This document shows, piece by piece, positions 61,313 to 64,000 of a stretch of DNA of 64,000 nt. A program made the position numbers and the translations under genes. The stretch comes from Candidatus Heimdallarchaeota archaeon (GTDB lineage: Archaea > Asgardarchaeota > Heimdallarchaeia > JABLTI01). The notes below the pieces were generated by a model. It saw only the letters and a list, made by a program, of their open reading frames with translations. It did no database searches and was not told the origin of the DNA. Every line of letters begins with the position of its first letter. Position 1 is the first letter of the stretch. The stretch is taken from NCBI GenBank assembly GCA_018238155.1, contig JABCTZ010000007.1, positions 1-64,000 on the forward strand, in the 5' to 3' direction.

Positions 61313-62263
61313 CTATGGATCAGCTACTTCCATAATTGTTTGTATTTCTGTTGAAGTAGTCTCTGAGGAAATAAATGAATATTTCTGAGGTTTTGTCTTC
61401 TTTTTATCTATGGATTTTACAATCCAAGCTTTTCCTCTTATAGCTTTCTTTAACCAATCTGGAAGAATCCAACCAAGATAAGCAAGAACTACTATAACAA
61501 TATTACATAGAATTCTAATCAAGTTCATGCCAACAACGAGAACACCATTACTTGTTATTACTTCTTGTGTAAATGTAACCGTTACTGCTCGTTCAAGTAG
61601 GATAAAAATGACTGCAACCAAAATAAGAGTGACTCCAGTTCTTGCCACTTTCTCCTTTAAATTTTTGCGAATAATTATTAACCTGTAAAAAACTCTTGCA
61701 AAGATGAACAAAATAATTGGAATGAAAAATAGTGCTGTAACCACATTGGGTATAAACTGATATGTATTAGTTCCTGAATAAATAACATATTGAATCATTC
61801 CATCTTGATTGAGTCCCCATCCTTGGGATCCATCGGCAATGAATTCACTTACTAATTCTGAAAACATTAATCCTGCTAAAATTCCCAAAAGTAGTGTCAA
61901 TAATATTGATATTGATGATTTTACGATATCATTATCTCGCAATATGTGACGGTTTGCAAAGAAATAGAAGAAAATGAAGCTAGTAAGATTTAGTGCAATA
62001 GAACCTATCTGGAAAAACCCATGAACTAGAACCGAATTATTTCCAAATATCATAGATGCATTTATCCAAGAACCCGCATTGGTCAATATATTTGCAAGAA
62101 TAAACATTCCAAAAAATAATAGTAATAGACCTGTTCCAACAGTTCTTTTTTTGATATAGTTTCTAATAAGAACACCAAAAAAGACGATGAAAAAAGTAGT
62201 TGCAAGAACACCTGAAATTAAGTAAAACCAGCCTGCATTTGTTAAACCTTCAAAAGCAACCAT
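61313..62263 (-). CDS. 7-transmembrane protein (316 aa) with Ser/Thr-rich C-tail
   Basis: Seven hydrophobic segments counted by eye; ATG 62263 lies 1 nt after the Arf stop; YLGWILPDWLKK at the end of TM7. Confidence 0.75.
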   Translation of the reverse strand: MVAFEGLTNAGWFYLISGVLATTFFIVFFGVLIRNYIKKRTVGTGLLLLFFGMFILANILTNAGSWINASMIFGNNSVLVHGFFQIGSIALNLTSFIFFYFFANRHILRDNDIVKSSISILLTLLLGILAGLMFSELVSEFIADGSQGWGLNQDGMIQYVIYSGTNTYQFIPNVVTALFFIPIILFIFARVFYRLIIIRKNLKEKVARTGVTLILVAVIFILLERAVTVTFTQEVITSNGVLVVGMNLIRILCNIVIVVLAYLGWILPDWLKKAIRGKAWIVKSIDKKKTKPQKYSFISSETTSTEIQTIMEVADP

Positions 62264-62264
62264 A

Positions 62265-62801
62265 TTATCGTTCCTCCATTTTATCTCTAAACCAACTGAA
62301 CGACTCGATAATTCCATCTCCAGTTTTAGCAGATGTTTCAAAGACCGCCCATTCAATTTCATGTTCTGTTTCCATTAAACCAAAATTCTTTACCAACTCA
62401 ACTTGACTAATTCGATCTGGTAAATCTTTTTTGTTTAACAAAAGTAGAACAGGGATTTTTCCACCAATTTGTTTATCTAAAATGTTATAAAAAATAGCTT
62501 TTGTTTCATCAAAACGTAAATGGTCAATGCTATCAATAACATAAATCAGAGCATCTGTTTTCTCATTTATTTCTTGCCATATTGGGCGAAAATCCTCTTG
62601 TCCCCCCATATCGAAGATATTTATTTGAAGCCGAGGGAAATTAATGACTTCTCGATTGACCCCCATCGTTGGTGTTGTTTCCTTGAATTCTCCATGAACC
62701 AAGTAATTTATTATTGCCGTTTTCCCAGCTTTGTCAAGACCACAGATGGTAACTGTCACAGGTTTAGTTTTTTTTCTAAATAAATTAAGTAAAAAAGACA
62801 T
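62265..62801 (-). CDS. Arf/Arl-family small GTPase
   Basis: GLDKAGKT, PTMG, DMGGQ..RPIW, NKKD and ETSAK; N-terminal amphipathic helix MSFLLNLFRKK. Confidence 0.92.
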   Translation of the reverse strand: MSFLLNLFRKKTKPVTVTICGLDKAGKTAIINYLVHGEFKETTPTMGVNREVINFPRLQINIFDMGGQEDFRPIWQEINEKTDALIYVIDSIDHLRFDETKAIFYNILDKQIGGKIPVLLLLNKKDLPDRISQVELVKNFGLMETEHEIEWAVFETSAKTGDGIIESFSWFRDKMEER

Positions 62802-62817
62802 TTAACTTACCTCAGCT

Positions 62818-63318
62818 TTATTTCCAGAGATCGTTTTGCATAGACTCAGTAAATGCTTGACCAGGATCCTTTTCATCTTTTGCTTCGCTTGTGAAATCAA
62901 AATCCAATGTTACTATTGAGCTAATTTTTATTTTGACCTTTTTTTTACTTAACCCTTCATATAAATGTGGCAATATTTTTGTTATCATTTCAATATTGTC
63001 AATTTGATTCTTTTTTAACTCAGTAATTGTAAATAAGAAAAATTTTCGGATGTCTTCTCGTTTGTAATCTGGTCCATCAAATATTGCTATTAGGGAAGCA
63101 ATATTTCTTCTATCTGTTCCTGGCAAACTAAATATATAGCTTTCAAAAATACATCTGTCTGCTGTACTTGATGAAAAATCTCCTTCTTTTGAGCTCATAG
63201 GCATACTTTTCAATACTATTTGATTTAAAGTGCTTTCTGGAACACCTTTTGGGTGAACCTTAACTAATTCCAAGCCATTTTTTCCCATTTGTACTAAACA
63301 CAAACTAATTGGTTTCAT
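62818..63318 (-). CDS. Putative uDENN/longin-fold protein
   Basis: Strand-G-strand-HP, helix ending SMP, then three predicted strands and a helix; resembles longin/uDENN topology (inference). Confidence 0.5.
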   Translation of the reverse strand: MKPISLCLVQMGKNGLELVKVHPKGVPESTLNQIVLKSMPMSSKEGDFSSSTADRCIFESYIFSLPGTDRRNIASLIAIFDGPDYKREDIRKFFLFTITELKKNQIDNIEMITKILPHLYEGLSKKKVKIKISSIVTLDFDFTSEAKDEKDPGQAFTESMQNDLWK

Positions 63319-63730
63319 TCGTTTTTCCTCGAGAATTCATAGGTGCATAATAGAATGTTTTTGTCGCTAAAAACAATCACTTCATTTATGTTTTTCTCAT
63401 ATATATACATAGCAGTTTCTGCAAAATTTTATCTTCACTGTATTTAATTAAAAGCATTCATTTTTATGTCGAAAAAGAACAATATTGGCTAAATAACAAT
63501 TCAATTTATTGTTGGAACGAAACACAGATTAATTATTTTTCTAAGAAACAGTATTCAAAGTCTTTCGTTATTTTTCAGTGAAATGTAAATAAAGTCCGAT
63601 AACCTTCATTTGAAAGATAGCTAACAGCTAGTTTTTTTATGTAATCTCTCTGAGAGAAGATATTTTTTTAAATGGCTTCATTAGGATTCATTAACATAAC
63701 AATAGTCAAAAATAAGAATATAACAATCAA

Positions 63731-63928
63731 AAGAAAGAATTATAAAGGAAAACTTTCAGAAACGGCAATAGGTAAAGAAGCAATCTTTATAGATACTAAA
63801 GATGCCTGAGAGGCATTCATCTCTGACCGTGAGCAACGCTAACTCTGAGAGGGCTTCCACCTCGAAGAAGAGACGGCTTAGAACATAGGCAGAGAATATC
63901 AAATAAAAAAAACGAAGGTTACTAAATC
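63731..63928 (+). ncRNA. Promoter plus structured 5' leader with kink-turn, copy 2 (upstream of rpl37e)
   Basis: Paralogous to 46928-47130; TTATAAAG at 63740-63747; K-turn at 63843-63872. Confidence 0.75.
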
Positions 63929-64000
63929 ATGACTAAAGGCACTCCCAGTAAAGGAAAAGCAAACCGCACTCCAACTCACATGCGCTGTAGACGCTGTGGC
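63929..64000 (+). CDS. rpl37e: 50S ribosomal protein L37e (5' part, runs off the window)
   Basis: MTKGTPSKGKANRTPTHMRCRRCG. Confidence 0.93.
   Translation, partial: MTKGTPSKGKANRTPTHMRCRRCG

Noticed and set aside
61313-62263. 7TM protein as a rhodopsin
   Set aside because: No retinal-binding Lys motif (DxxxK or SxxxK) within TM7

Overview
Low-GC archaeal chromosomal window, most consistent with an Asgard (Heimdallarchaeia-like) archaeon. The evidence is an intron-containing tRNA with a bulge-helix-bulge motif, aCPSF1, Cdc48, RadB, Sm and L37e, plus an Arf-family GTPase. Core genes include hsp20-cdc48-regulator, plsY, ftr, mch, wecB, ABCE1, radB, nadE, hutU/hutI/ftcD, aCPSF1, a PUA protein, Sm and partial rpl37e. 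They are interleaved with accessory blocks of secreted proteases, ABC exporters and pseudogenes. Most notable observations: (1) an unannotated ~200-nt promoter plus structured leader with a canonical kink-turn, present in two ~88%-identical copies directly upstream of ABCE1 and of rpl37e; (2) a tightly coupled operon for a uDENN/longin-like protein, an Arf-like GTPase and a 7-transmembrane protein, lying between Sm and rpl37e; (3) a tRNA-Pro followed by three cargo segments, each ending in a copy of the tRNA 3' end, with no integrase; (4) an island bounded by a ~260-bp duplication of the trmO 5' region and carrying a decayed LAGLIDADG endonuclease; (5) a long base-paired leader upstream of the termination factor aCPSF1. 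All calls come from manual motif reading; no database searches were run.
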